Positions 50,566 through 63,298 are shown, counted from the stretch's first letter. The stretch is DNA of 64,000 nt from Chiloscyllium plagiosum (GCF_004010195.1 NC_057754.1:11538008-11602007); one strand, 5' to 3'. The notes: a model not told the origin generated them from the sequence alone. Program-made: numbers and translations.

Positions 50566-50925
50566 GTAAAAACAATGACTGCAGATGCTGGAAACCAGAT
50601 ACTGGATTAGTGGTGCTGGAAGAGCATAGCAGTTCAGGCAGCATCCAAGGAGCTTCAAAATCGACGTTTCGGGCAAAAGCCCTTATCAGGAATAAAGGCA
50701 GTGAGCCTGAAGCGTGGAGAGATAGGCTAGAGGAGGGTGGGGATGGGGAGAAAGTAGCATAGAGTAGGAAATGACCTGGGAGTTGCAGTGGGAGAGGGAC
50801 TCCCTGAGATTCTTGTAGAGAGAGGAGGAAAACTTCTTCAAGGCAGGCATCCTTGCAAGAGGATTCGCAGTAGGGTTAAAATCAATGAGGTAAAAACAAT
50901 GACTGCAGATGCTGGAAACCAGATT
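50566..50925 (-). mobile_element. Penelope family A fragment with a partial tandem terminal repeat
   Basis: gtaaaaacaatgactgcagatgctggaaaccaga occurs at 50566 and again at 50890. A hammerhead-like core lies at about 50661-50690 on the minus strand. Confidence 0.8.
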
Positions 50926-52159
50926 CTACTGCCTCCACCACTGAAGATCTACTCTGCATTTCTATATTTCCTGCCAGAGTGGACATTCACAATTTTTCCC
51001 ACAGTTAGACTCGATCTTGCATAGAACAATTCAATGGATTGGAGGGGAGCTAAAGTAACCCCACCAATGCCTTGTACAATTACAATGAGATTTGCAAATC
51101 AGGGCTAACAATCTAGTTGGCTTTCTGATTACTGATGCAATCACCCCACTATTTAAAAAAGGAGGTAGAGAAAAAAACATGGACTTATAGACTATTTAGC
51201 CTGACACTGGAAAACAGTGTGGGATCGTGTTCAAATAACAACCGAAGTTGGTGAGTGGTGAAAATAACCTCTATTTAGCAACTGCAGTAGCACAGTTCAA
51301 GGTGGCGATGGAATCCTGAAATACGGCCCTTTCAGTCACCTCTTTAAACACTGTTCTTACATGTATTACATAGTTTTATCCATTGTGCACAAACATTTGT
51401 GTGCCATCTGTCCTGGGGAAGTAGGAGATTGATTGCGAAGATGTGCTAATTGCTGGCAACTACTCAGGTTAGAGTGTCTGTCCGGTCTGCTTGCATAGAT
51501 AAGAGGTGTTAATCCTTTTACTTTCTAAGTTGGTACATGTGAGTAAACCTCCTAATCCTTAATGATCTAAATAAAATTTGCATAATCAAATTCTAGAGAA
51601 TATTAAACTGATAACTGCAGCTTAGTCAAGAGCTTGGTCAAATATTTACCTATTTGCTGTCTGACTGTTCTCACTCATACATGCAATTTTATGGAAGCGC
51701 TGTTTTGATTGTAAGTTTCTTAAAGGGGACCGCAGCCCTGTTTAATAAATATTTAACAAGTACAAGCTGATTGGGGAAACTGTTTGGTGATCTGTAATCT
51801 ATTCAGGTCCTGACAGATAGTTGGTGAAGGCGGATTAATATTATAAACTTTCCATATTTTCAGTTGAGATGTGAGGAAATGATGGCAGGATTGTGTTGTT
51901 TCTGAATAGGTTACAATATTGACATTTGTTCAGAGGTAGCTTTTAACACTAATAAGTCTAAACACTGTTTGATTGAAGGTGTAAAGAAGCAATAATGAGT
52001 TTGAAGGGGTGTTTTAATTTAGTCAATCTTGCAACAGTAAAACATACTACAAAATGTGGTTTAATGAATGAATGAAAATACATTAAAGTAAGCATAGCCA
52101 TTAGCAAAGAGTTATAAATGAATTTCGTGAGCTGGCCAGTGGGTTAGTAAAGATACCTA

Positions 52160-52470
52160 TAACACAATATCTTGCAACACCAGGCAAGTTTAATTGGAAG
52201 CACACTAGCTTTCGGAGCGCCGCTCCTTCATCAATCTGTTTCTCCACATCTCTGCTGCTATTGGAAGCACACTAGCTTTCGGAGCGCCGCTCCTTCATCA
52301 GGTGATAGTGGAGGACACAATTTTAAGGCACAGAATTTATAGCAAAAATTTCCAGTGTGATGTAACTGAAATTACACATTGAAAAATACCTTAATTGTCT
52401 GTTGAGTCTTTCATCTGTTTGAATACCATGATAGTTTCACTTCTTTCATGTGTAAATCACAAAACCTTTT
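52160..52470 (-). mobile_element. Penelope family B terminal repeat with two tandem hammerhead motifs
   Basis: cacactagctttcggagcgccgctccttcatca occurs at 52201-52233 and 52268-52300. The second has a full minus-strand core cac-CTGATGA-a-ggagc-ggc-gctcc-GAA-AGCT-A-gtg. Confidence 0.85.
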
Positions 52471-52944
52471 TTTTATCTCACAACAGTGACAGGATTGGAC
52501 AGAGTCAGCCAGCATAGATTCACAAAAAGGAAATCATGCTGCATAAATTTGCTGGAATGTTTCAAGAGCGTATTTAGAGTTGAAAAGGAGGCAGTGTACG
52601 TTACTCTTCGGAGGGTCGGTGTGGACTGGTTGGGCCGAAGGGCCTGTTTCCACACTGTAGGGAACCTAATCAAAAACAAAATGTGGTTTACCTGGGCTCT
52701 GAGAAGGCATTCAAAAAGTTCCATAGATGAAATTAGCATGTAAAATTAAAGCACGTGGGATTGAGAGTAGTGTATTGACACAGATACAGTACTGGACATC
52801 AGACAGGAAACAAAGTCTTTTTTTTGAGTGTCAGCCAGTGATCAATTTAGTACCACAGGGATCACTGCTTGGACTCCAGCTATTCACAATATCTATTAAT
52901 GAAGTAAGTGAGAAAACTTAAATGTCATGTCGCCAAGCTTGTTT

Positions 52945-54390
52945 GTAGATGAAGTGACAAAGATGATTGAGGAAGGCATAGCAGTCGACGTGGTCTATAT
53001 GGATTTCAGGAATGTGTTTGACAAGGTAGACTGGTTAACAAGGTTAGATCTCAAGGAATACAGGGAGAACTAGCCATTTGGCTCAAGGATAGAAGACAGA
53101 GGGTGGTGGTGGAGGAACGCCTTTCAAACTGGAGGCCAATGACCAGCGCTGTGCCACAAGGATTGGTGATGGGTCCCCTGCTTTTCATATTGATATAAAT
53201 GATTTAGATGTGAACATAGGAGGTATAGTTAGTAAGTTTGCAGATGATACCAAAATTGGAGGTGTAGTAGAAAGAAGTGCAGAAGGTTACCTCAGAGTAC
53301 AACGGGACCTTGATCAGATGGGCCAGTGGGTCGAGGAGTGGTAGATGGAGTTTAATTTAGATAAACGTGAGGTTCTGCATTTTGAAAAGGCAAATCAGAG
53401 CAGGACTTAGACACTTATGGTAAGGTCCTAGGGAGTTTGGCTGAACAAAGAGATCTTGGCATGTAGGTTCATTGTTCCTTGGAAGTCGGGTCACTGGTAG
53501 ATCGGATAGTGAAAAAGGCATTTGATATGCTTTCCTTTATTGGACGGAGTATTGAGTGGTGCTGGAAATGCACAGCTGGATAGGAACAGGAGAGTTGATG
53601 TTTTGAGCATAAGCCCTTCAGCAAGATTGGTTTGGGGGGGGGGGGGTGGGGGTGGAGGGGGAACATAAAGGCACCCCCCGCATTTCTCATGAAAAGCTTA
53701 TGCTTGAAACATAGACTCTGCTGCTCCTTGGCTGCTGCCTGACCGGCTGTGCTTTTCTAGCGCCACACATTTTGACTCTGATACTCCAGCATCAGCATTC
53801 CTCACTTTCTCCTGTTGGAGTTGGGAGGTCATGTTGTCGCTGTATAGGACATTGGTGCGGTTGCTTTTGGATTACTGCATTCATTACTGGTTTCCCTGCT
53901 ATAGGAAAGATGTTGTGAAACTTGAAAAGGTTTGTAAAAGATTTAATAGAATGTTGCCAAGGTTGGAGGGTTTGAGCGATAAGGAGAGGCTGAATAGGCG
54001 GGGGCTATTTTCTATAGAGCTTCAGAGACTAAGAGGTCATCTTATAAAAGTTTTTAAAATCATGAGTGTCATGGAACAGTGAATTGTCATGGTCTTTTCA
54101 CCAGGATAGCGAAGACAAAAACTAGAGGTCATAAAATTAAGGAGATGGGAAAGATTTAAAAGGGACCTTAAGGATAACATTTTCACAGAGGGTGATGTGT
54201 GTGTGTGGAATGAACTGCCAGAGGAAGTGATGGAGGCTGCTACTATTAAAATATTTAGTGGCATCTGGATGGGTATATGAATAGAAATGGTTTAGAGGGA
54301 TATGGGCCAGAAGTAGATTAATTTATTTGCTCAGCATGAACAAGTTGAATCAAAGGGTCGGTTTTCATGCTGTACATCTCTCTGACTCCA
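52945..54390 (+). mobile_element. CR1 RT 3' fragment with a nested palindromic Penelope family A piece (about 53555-53812)
   Basis: KFADDTKIGGVV near 53233 and ORF 53831-54082 (LYRTLVR...DYCIHYW). Confidence 0.85.
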
Positions 54391-57009
54391 TGATGTGAAG
54401 CTGGGTGGAGCAGTGAACTATTAGGGGGAATACAGATATGCTCCAGTGTGATTTTGGAGTTGAGTGAGTAGACAAAAATGCAAGGCAGATGAATGATAAT
54501 GCAGATAAATGGGAGGTTAACCAGTCTGATCACAAAAACAGGATGACAGATTATTATCTGAATGGCAAGAGGCTGGGAAAGGGGGAGATGAAATGAGACC
54601 TGGTGTCCTTGTACACAAGTCACTGAAAGTTAGCATGCAGGTGCAGCAGGAGGTGAAGAAGGCAAATGGTGTATTGGCAAGAGGATGTACAGGAGCTAGG
54701 ATATAGATATAGTATCCCTACAGTGTGAAAACTGGTCATTTGGCCCAACAAGTCCACACCGACATTCTGAAGATCATCACACTGAAACCCATCTGCCTAA
54801 ACTATCCCTACAACCTGGCATTTCCCATGGCTAATCCATGTAATGTACACATCCCTGGATACTATGGGCAATTTAGCATGGCCAAACCCTCACATCATTG
54901 GACTGTGGGAGGAAACCAGAGGAAACGCCTGCACATTCGCTCTGTGTCTGCGTGGGTTTCTTGCAGGTGCTCCAGTTTCCTCTAATAGTCTTACTGCAAT
55001 TGTCCAGGGTCTTGGAGAGAAATCGGAGTTAGCGTTTCGGTTCAGTGACCCTTCCTCAACCTACAGCAGAATGAGTGCGAGGCGGGTGGGGGGAGTCCTC
55101 AGTGAAAGTCAAGAATGAAGCAATTAGGACTAGGTCTGCTAGAGCCAGAGTATTGTTCCCTGCATTGAGGGGAGGACTGCTTTCTGTCCACTCTTTTTAC
55201 AGCACATTCAATCAATAGTATTTCCACATTGTCAATCCCAACCAGATATCACAGTAAGACCTAACAGAGTCGCTGCACTCACCAGCATCTCACTATCATC
55301 GGCCTTTCACTGTGCACGATTTTCTATCGTGTCTGTGGGAAAACCTTTCTGAGATCAGTGTCAATGGAAGAGCGCCAAGAGATGCAAAATCATGAGCAGA
55401 GCAGCTCCAAAGGATGTGTCTGGGTATCACAGTTCAAAGGAGAGACTGGGCTTTCCAGGGGGAGCAGTGCGATTTACCCTAATGATTCCTGGATCAAGGG
55501 GTTATATGATGAGCAGCGGTTGTAGAAATCAATCTTGGATTCAGTATGGCAGAGAAAGAAGTAATTTAGCCTATTTCATCAATGCCAATTTTCTTGCAGA
55601 AATGCATTCTCTCCAATTCCCCTGCAAGTTTATTTCCCTTAAATACTTATCTAATTTCCTTTTTTAAGTCATTGATTCTCTTTTTTTTCCACCCAGAAGC
55701 AGAGAGGACTGTGTAGAACCATTCATTCTGAGGAACAACAGAGCTTTGTTCCCCTTGTATCTGTTGTTGAAATAGTTCAGGTGGGAGTACATTAGCTGAA
55801 GGATATAAAGGTTCCTGGTTCAATCCCAAGTTTCACCAGTCAGTTTTATGCACCATGGTGGCCAAGTGCTACCTTGCAGTGCCACAAACCTGGATTTGAT
55901 TTCACCTTTGTGTGATTTTCTGAGTGGAGTTTGCACGTTCTCCCAGTATCTGCGTGGGTTTCTGCTAGGTATTGGAGTTCTGTGCCATTGTCCAAGGATG
56001 TGCAGGTTGGGTGGATTGACCATGCTCAAAATTATGCTGTAGTGTCCAGGGATGTGTGCAGGTTAGCTGATTTAGCTATATAAAAACACCATACTCGGTT
56101 ACTGGAATGGGGGGTGGGGGTTGAATGGAGTGGGAGGGAGGGAGGAGAGTCTGGGTGGCATGCCAAAAGGAGGGAGGTGCAGACTTAATGGGATAAATGG
56201 CCTTTTCCTGCACTGTAAGGATTATGATTCTATCTTTTGCCCATCTTGGAATGATTGATTCGGGTTAGGGATACTACCCAACATTTTACAAGTTACATGA
56301 TTCATTTGGATGAGAGGATTGAAAGCAAGGTAGCTAAAGATCGATAGAAAACTGTTGTTTGAAGACATGAGGTTGCAGGCAGATATAGTTAGGGTTGGTG
56401 TATGGGCAAAATATCTTGCAGATGGAGTTCAATATATAAGTAATTCACTTTGGCAGGAAGAATAATTAAGAGCAGAGTTCCTTAGATGGAGAACGACTGC
56501 AGAATTCTGAGGTGCAGAAAGATTTCTGAGTCATAACGTATGAGTCACAAAGTTAGTACGTGGATTCAGCATGCACGTGTAGTCAAACATCATTGAAAGA
56601 GACCTTTTGGTTTCACTAGTGCAAGCTGACCATGTTCCCAAACTAAAGTAATTCCACCTTCCTGTGTTTGGTCCATATATCTCCAAACATAGAGTCATAG
56701 AGATGTACAGCATCGGAACAGGCCCTTTGGTCCAAGCTGTCCATGCAGACCAGATATCTCAACCCAATCTAGTCCCACCTGCCAGCACCTGGCCCATATC
56801 CCTCCAAACCCTTCCTATTCATATACCCATGCAAATGCCTCTTAAATGTTGCAATTGTACCAGCCTCCACCACTTCTTCTGGCAGCTCATTCCGTACACG
56901 TACCACTCTCTGTGTGAAAAAGTTGCCCCGTAGGTCTCTTTTATTATCTTTACCCTTTCACCCTAAACCTATGCCGTCTAGTTCTGGACTCCCCGACCCC
57001 AGGGAAAAG

Positions 57010-57262
57010 ATTAGATTAGGTTAGATTAGATTACTTACAGTGTGGAAACAGGCCCTTCGGCCCAACAAGTCCACACTGACCCGCCGAAGCGCATCCCACC
57101 CATACCCCTACATTTACCCCTTTTACCTAACACAACGGGCAATTTAGCATGGCCAATTCACCAATTCATCTTTGGACTGTGGGAGGAAACCGAAGCACCC
57201 GGAGGAAACCCACGCAGACACGGGGAGAATGTGCAAACTCCACACAGTCAGTCGCCTGAGTT
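57010..57262 (-). mobile_element. HE1-type SINE, 5'-truncated, inserted in CR1
   Basis: (TTAGA)n tail plus SINE body. Confidence 0.9.
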
Positions 57263-58083
57263 GCCTGACTTTGTCTATTTACCCTATCTATGCACCTCAT
57301 AATTTTATAAACCTCTATAATGTCACCCCTCAGCCTCCTATGCTCCAGGGAAAACAGCCCCAGACTGTTCAGTCTCTCCCTGTAGCTCAAATCCTCCAAC
57401 CATGCCAACATCCTTGTAAATCTTTTCTGAACCCTTTCAAGTTTCACAACATCTTTCCAATAGGAAGGAGACCAGAATTGCACGCAATACTCCAATAGTG
57501 GCCTAACCAATGTCCTGTACAGCTGCAACATGACCTCCCAACTCCTGTACTCAATACCCTGACCAATAAAGGAAAGCATACCAAACGCCTTCTTCACTAT
57601 CCTATCTACCTGTGTCTCCACTTTCAAGAAGTTATGAACCTGCACTCCAAGGTCTCTTTGTTCAGCAACACTCCCTAGGACTTTACCATTAAGTGTATAA
57701 GTCTTGCTAAGATTTGCTTTCCCAAAATGCAGCACCTCTGAATTAAACTCCGTCTGCCACTTCTCAGCCCATTGGCCCATCTGGTCAAGATCTGTTGTAA
57801 TCTGAGGTAGCCCTCTTCGCTGTCCACTACACCTCCAATTTTGGTGTCATCTGCAAGCTTACTAACTGTGCCTCTTATGCTCACATGCAAATCATTTATG
57901 TAAATGAGAAAAAGTGGAGGACCCAGCACAAATCCTTGTGGCACTCCACTGGTCACAGGTCTCCAGTCTGAAAAACAACCCTCCACCACCACCCTCTGTC
58001 TTCTACCTTTCAGCCAGTTCGTGTCCAAATGGCTAGTTCTCCCTTTATTCCGTGAGATCTAACCTTGCTAATCAGTCTCCCAT

Positions 58084-58610
58084 TGGGGGGGTGGGGTACA
58101 TTTTGGTGCCGCCCTTTTGGCGCCGATCATTTGGCCCCGCCGTTTTGGCTCTAAACTAGTTTGGTGCTCATTACTTTGGCGCTGAGCTGTTTTGGCACCA
58201 ATTCAGAATAAAAAAAAACTCTTGTTTGGTTAAAGAAGAGAGGATGACTAATGACCCAATGTAATTTTCCCAACTAGCAAGAGTTGATAGTCAAAGCTGT
58301 AATGACCCGCTGTAGATTCAAATCTCGTTTTGTAATCATTTTCTCATTTAACAATTGTTAATTCTTAATCTACTGCCTTGATGATACTTAAGCCCTTCTG
58401 TCTTCACATTGGAAAGCTGTAATACAGTTTTCTTTTTATTTTCTTGTAGAGCTCAGACCAGAAATGGCTAAAAACATTCTAAGCAAGAGAGACAGACCAA
58501 ATTTTCACACAGTGGTTATGTATTAGTGCCAAAACAGCTCCATAATGAGCGCCAATACGACAGGGCCAAATGATCGCGCCAAAAGGGCGGTGACACATAG
58601 TCCCATTCCG
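58084..58610. mobile_element. Non-autonomous TIR DNA transposon, 527 bp
   Basis: About 100-bp imperfect TIRs with internal ttttggcgc repeats (ccgcccttttggcgccgatcatttggcccc versus gggccaaatgatcgcgccaaaagggcgg). 4-bp TSD ccat at 58080-58083 and 58611-58614, within CR1. Confidence 0.82.
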
Positions 58611-59633
58611 CCATGCGGAACCTTGTCGAACGCCTTACTGAAGGACATATGGATCATATCTAGCACTCTGCCCTCATCAATGGTCTTTGTTACTTCCACA
58701 AAAAACTCAATCAAGTTTGTGAGACATGATTTCCCATGCACAAAGCCATGTTGGCATTTATCTGAATTAAATTCCATCTGCCACTTCTCAGCCCATTGGC
58801 CCATCTGGTCCAGATCCTGTTTTAATCTGAGGTAACCCTCTTCGCTGTCCACTACACCTCCAATTTTGGTGTCATCTGCAAACTTACTAACTGTACCTCT
58901 GATGCTCGCATCCAAATCATTTATGTAAATGACAAAAAGTAGAGGGCGCAGCACTGATCCTTGTGGCACTCCATTGGTCACAGGCCTCCAGTCTGAAAAA
59001 CAACCCTCCACCACCACCCTCTGTCTTCTACCTTTGAGACAGTTATGTATCCAAATGGCTGGTTCTCCCTGTATTCCATGAGATCTAACCTTGCTAATCA
59101 GTCTCCCATGGGGAACCTTGTCAAATGCCTTACTGACGTCCATATAGGTCACATCTACTGCTTTGCCCTCATCAATCTTCTTTGGTACTTCTTCAAAAAC
59201 CTCAATCAACTTTGTGAGACATGATTTCCCATGAACAAAGCCATGTTGACTATCCCGAATCAGTCCTTGCCTTTCCAAATACATGTACATCCTGTCCCTA
59301 GGATACCCTCCAACGACTTGCCCACCATCGAGGTCAGGCTCACTGGTCTATAGTTCCCTGGCTTGTCCTTACAACCCTTCTTAAACAGTAGCACCACGTT
59401 AGCCAACCTCCAGTCTTCCGGCATGTCACCTGTGACTATCGATGATATAAATATCTCAGCAAGAGGCCCAGCAATCACTTATCTAGCTTCCCATGGAGTT
59501 CTAGGGTACACCTGATCAGGTCCTGGGAATTTATCCACGGTTATGCATTTCAAGACATCCAGCACTTCATCTGTAATATGGACATTTTCCAAGGTGTCAC
59601 CATCTATGTCTCTACTTTCTATGCCTTCCACTG

Positions 59634-60043
59634 TTGGAATATTGCGTGCAATTCTGGTTTCCTTCCTATCAGAAAGATGTTGTGAAACTTGAAAGGGTTC
59701 AGAAAAGATTTACAAGGATGTTGCCAGGGTTGGAGGATCTGAGCTACAGGGAGATGCTGAACAGACTGGGGCTGTTTTCCCTGGAGCATTGGAGGCTGAG
59801 GGGTGACCTTAAAGAGGCTTACAAAATTATGAGGGGAATGGATAGGATAAATAGACAAAGTCTTTTCCCTGGGGTCAGGGAGTCCAGAACTAGAGGGCAA
59901 AGGTTTAGGGTGAGAGGGGAAAGATATAAAAGAGACCTAAGAGGCAACTTTTTCACGCAGAGGGTGGTACGTGTATGGAATGAGCTGCCAGAGGATGTGG
60001 TGGAGGCTGGTACAATTGCAACATTTAAGAGGCATTTGGATGG
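59634..60043 (+). mobile_element. CR1 3' RT fragment running into the gap
   Basis: EYCVQFW...FFTQRVVRVWNELP. Confidence 0.92.
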
Positions 60044-60910
60044 NNNNNNNNNNNNNNNNNNNNNNNNNNNNNNNNNNNNNNNNNNNNNNNNNNNNNNNNN
60101 NNNNNNNNNNNNNNNNNNNNNNNNNNNNNNNNNNNNNNNNNNNNNNNNNNNNNNNNNNNNNNNNNNNNNNNNNNNNNNNNNNNNNNNNNNNNNNNNNNNN
60201 NNNNNNNNNNNNNNNNNNNNNNNNNNNNNNNNNNNNNNNNNNNNNNNNNNNNNNNNNNNNNNNNNNNNNNNNNNNNNNNNNNNNNNNNNNNNNNNNNNNN
60301 NNNNNNNNNNNNNNNNNNNNNNNNNNNNNNNNNNNNNNNNNNNNNNNNNNNNNNNNNNNNNNNNNNNNNNNNNNNNNNNNNNNNNNNNNNNNNNNNNNNN
60401 NNNNNNNNNNNNNNNNNNNNNNNNNNNNNNNNNNNNNNNNNNNNNNNNNNNNNNNNNNNNNNNNNNNNNNNNNNNNNNNNNNNNNNNNNNNNNNNNNNNN
60501 NNNNNNNNNNNNNNNNNNNNNNNNNNNNNNNNNNNNNNNNNNNNNNNNNNNNNNNNNNNNNNNNNNNNNNNNNNNNNNNNNNNNNNNNNNNNNNNNNNNN
60601 NNNNNNNNNNNNNNNNNNNNNNNNNNNNNNNNNNNNNNNNNNNNNNNNNNNNNNNNNNNNNNNNNNNNNNNNNNNNNNNNNNNNNNNNNNNNNNNNNNNN
60701 NNNNNNNNNNNNNNNNNNNNNNNNNNNNNNNNNNNNNNNNNNNNNNNNNNNNNNNNNNNNNNNNNNNNNNNNNNNNNNNNNNNNNNNNNNNNNNNNNNNN
60801 NNNNNNNNNNNNNNNNNNNNNNNNNNNNNNNNNNNNNNNNNNNNNNNNNNNNNNNNNNNNNNNNNNNNNNNNNNNNNNNNNNNNNNNNNNNNNNNNNNNN
60901 NNNNNNNNNN
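60044..60910. other. Assembly gap (N)
   Basis: Run of N. Confidence 1.
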
Positions 60911-62790
60911 AAGCTGCCAGTCCTGCCCATCCCTGAGCCATGTTCCTGTAATTGCTATGATATCCCAGTCCCATGTTCCTACCCATGCCCTGAATTCATC
61001 TGCCTTCCCTGTTAGGCCCCTTGCATTGAAATAAATGCAGTTTAATTTATTAGTCCTACCTTGTCCTTGCCTGCCCTGACTGTTTGACTCGCTTCTGTTC
61101 TCAACCGTACCAGTCTCAGATCGATCTCTTTCCTCACCATCTCCCTGGGTCCCATTCCCGCCACCTTATTAGTTTAAATCCTCCCATGCAGCTCTAGCAA
61201 ACTTCCCTGCCAATACATTAGTCCCCTTCCAATTTAGGTGCAATCCGGCCACCTTGTACAAGTCACTTCTACCCCAAAAGAGATTCCAATGATCCTCCTT
61301 TTTAAATTCCTGCCTTACTCTCTGTAATCTCCCTTCAGAATCTCAACCTTTTCCCTTCCATTGGTTTCAATGTGGACAATGACCTCTTGCTGGCCCCTCT
61401 CCCCCATGAGAACATTCTGCACCCTCTCTGAGACATCCTTGATCCTGGCATCAGGGAAACAACACACCATTCTGATTTTTTTCCTGCTGGCCACAGAAAC
61501 GTCTGTCTGTACCTCAGAGTAGACAGTCCCCTAACACAATTGATCTCTTGTAACCTGACTTACCCCTCATTGCATTAGAGCCAGTCTCAATACCAGACCC
61601 TTGGCTGTTCGTGCTGAGTTCCCCTGAAAATCCATCACCCCCTACATTTTCCAAAACAGCATACTTGTTTGAAATGGGTATATCCACAAAAGACTCCTGC
61701 AATAGCTGCCTACCTCTCTTATCTTCCCTGGCGTTTAACCCATCTATGTAACTGTATCTGAGACTTTCCCCCCTTCCTATAACTGCCTTCCATCACATAC
61801 TGTTGCTTTTGCAAATTCCTCATTGCTTCTATCTCTCCAATCGATCTGTTCGATCTGATAAGATTCGCAGCCTACAGCATTTATGATTTGGAAATGCTGG
61901 TGTTGGACTGGGGTGTACAAAGTTAAAAATCACACAACACCAGGTTATAGTCCAACAGGTTTAATTGGAAGCACACTAGCTTTCAGAGCGCCTGACTATC
62001 ACCTGATGAAGGAGCGACGATCCGAAAGCTAGTGTGCTTCCAATTAAACCTGTTGGCATGTAACCTGGTGTTGTGTGATTTTTAACTTTGTGCAGCATTT
62101 ATGACAGATGTAATCCACAGTAATCCTTAAACTCTCTTTAAACTCCCACATCTGACAAGAAGTACATATCATTCTATTAATGACCATTTTTGCTCCTTCA
62201 CAATCTACAGACCCAGAAAATAACACCATCTTATTCCTCTCCAAACACTGCCCCAGGTTAAATTAATAGTTATGGCTTATATTTTAAGTTTAATCAAGAG
62301 ACATATCTCCAAAAAACATATAATCAAGAAAGAACCCACTGTACTCCCTACTGCAGATTCTCTGTGGGCCACACTTAAAAACAACGATGAATTTATCTGA
62401 TTCTGTGCCTTGAACTTCGCCCAACAGTTCATCCATGATCAGTTGTGAATTTCACTGCTTGTTAATTTTCCCAGATGCACTCCGATGTCCAACGATATAT
62501 GAATTCAAACAGCAAAGGCAGTAAGTGTGCAGGTTCACTCTCTCTCTGTCTCTTTCTCCCCTGCAATGACCTCACCATGTACTTCCTTTGTGTGCTCTTC
62601 TCCCTTTTAATATGGCTGTTGTTTTGACTTTCTTTTTCCCAAAGTTCCAAAACAATGCAACAGCATATAAAACAGTAATTGGTGCTCCTGGTGTTCGAGG
62701 AAATCACCTCCAACCCCTAAAATACCTCAAAAAGGAGCAGCTGTTATAGCCAGAAATTTTTCCCATCCTCCATCTTGGATTACCCCCTTT
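60911..62790 (-). mobile_element. CR1 5' end (5'UTR, esterase-type ORF1, start of ORF2)
   Basis: ICTSCQMWE...YICHKC (62044-62244) and NKYAVLENVGG...IVLGD (61514-61702). The start of the APE domain lies at about 60911-61045. Confidence 0.85.
61887..62092. mobile_element. Palindromic Penelope family B mini-element with a hammerhead motif
   Basis: 12-bp TSD cagcatttatga at 61875-61886 and 62093-62104. Inverted arms of about 70 bp surround cac-CTGATGA-a-ggagcgacgatcc-GAA-AGCT-A-gtg at 62000-62034. Confidence 0.88.
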
Positions 62791-63013
62791 CCTATTCATG
62801 AACTTATCGAAATGTCTTTTAAACATTGTAACTGTACCTGCATCCACCACTTCCTCTGGCAGTTAATTCCATATCACCACTCTGTACAAAGAAAATAAAT
62901 TTCCCATTATGTCTTTGTTAAATCCTTCTCCTCTCACCTTAAAAATATGCTTCCTAATTTGGATCTCCCCACCTGAGAGAAAATATCTTTGCTATTCACC
63001 TTATGTATTCACC

Positions 63014-63298
63014 TGGGCGGCATGGTGGCTCAGTGGTTAGCACTGCTGCCTCACAGCGCCAAAGACCTGGGTTCATTTCCCACCTCAGGCAACTGTCTGT
63101 GTGGAGTTTGCACATTCTCCCCGTGTCTGTGTGGGTTTCCTCCCACACTCCAAAAATGTGCAGGTTTAGCTGAATTGGCCATGTGTATTGTGAAGAGGTA
63201 AATGTAGGGGAATGGGTCTGGGTGGGTTGGTCTTCGGAGGGTCGGTGTGGACTTGTTGGCCCGAAGGGCCTGTTTCCACACTGTCAGTGATCTAATCT
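63014..63298 (+). mobile_element. HE1-type SINE inserted in a minus-strand CR1 3' fragment
   Basis: tRNA-like head and tctaatcta tail. Confidence 0.92.

Larger units (their letters stand above)
56686..59620 (-). mobile_element. CR1 RT and 3' end with an internal tandem duplication, a nested SINE and a nested DNA transposon
   Basis: ORFs 57166-57780, 57675-58028, 58523-59290 and 59260-59478 carry RT motifs. Confidence 0.92.

Noticed and set aside
51200..52150. About 1 kb AT-rich stretch without obvious repeats
   Set aside because: I found no ORF, RNA structure or termini that I could support.
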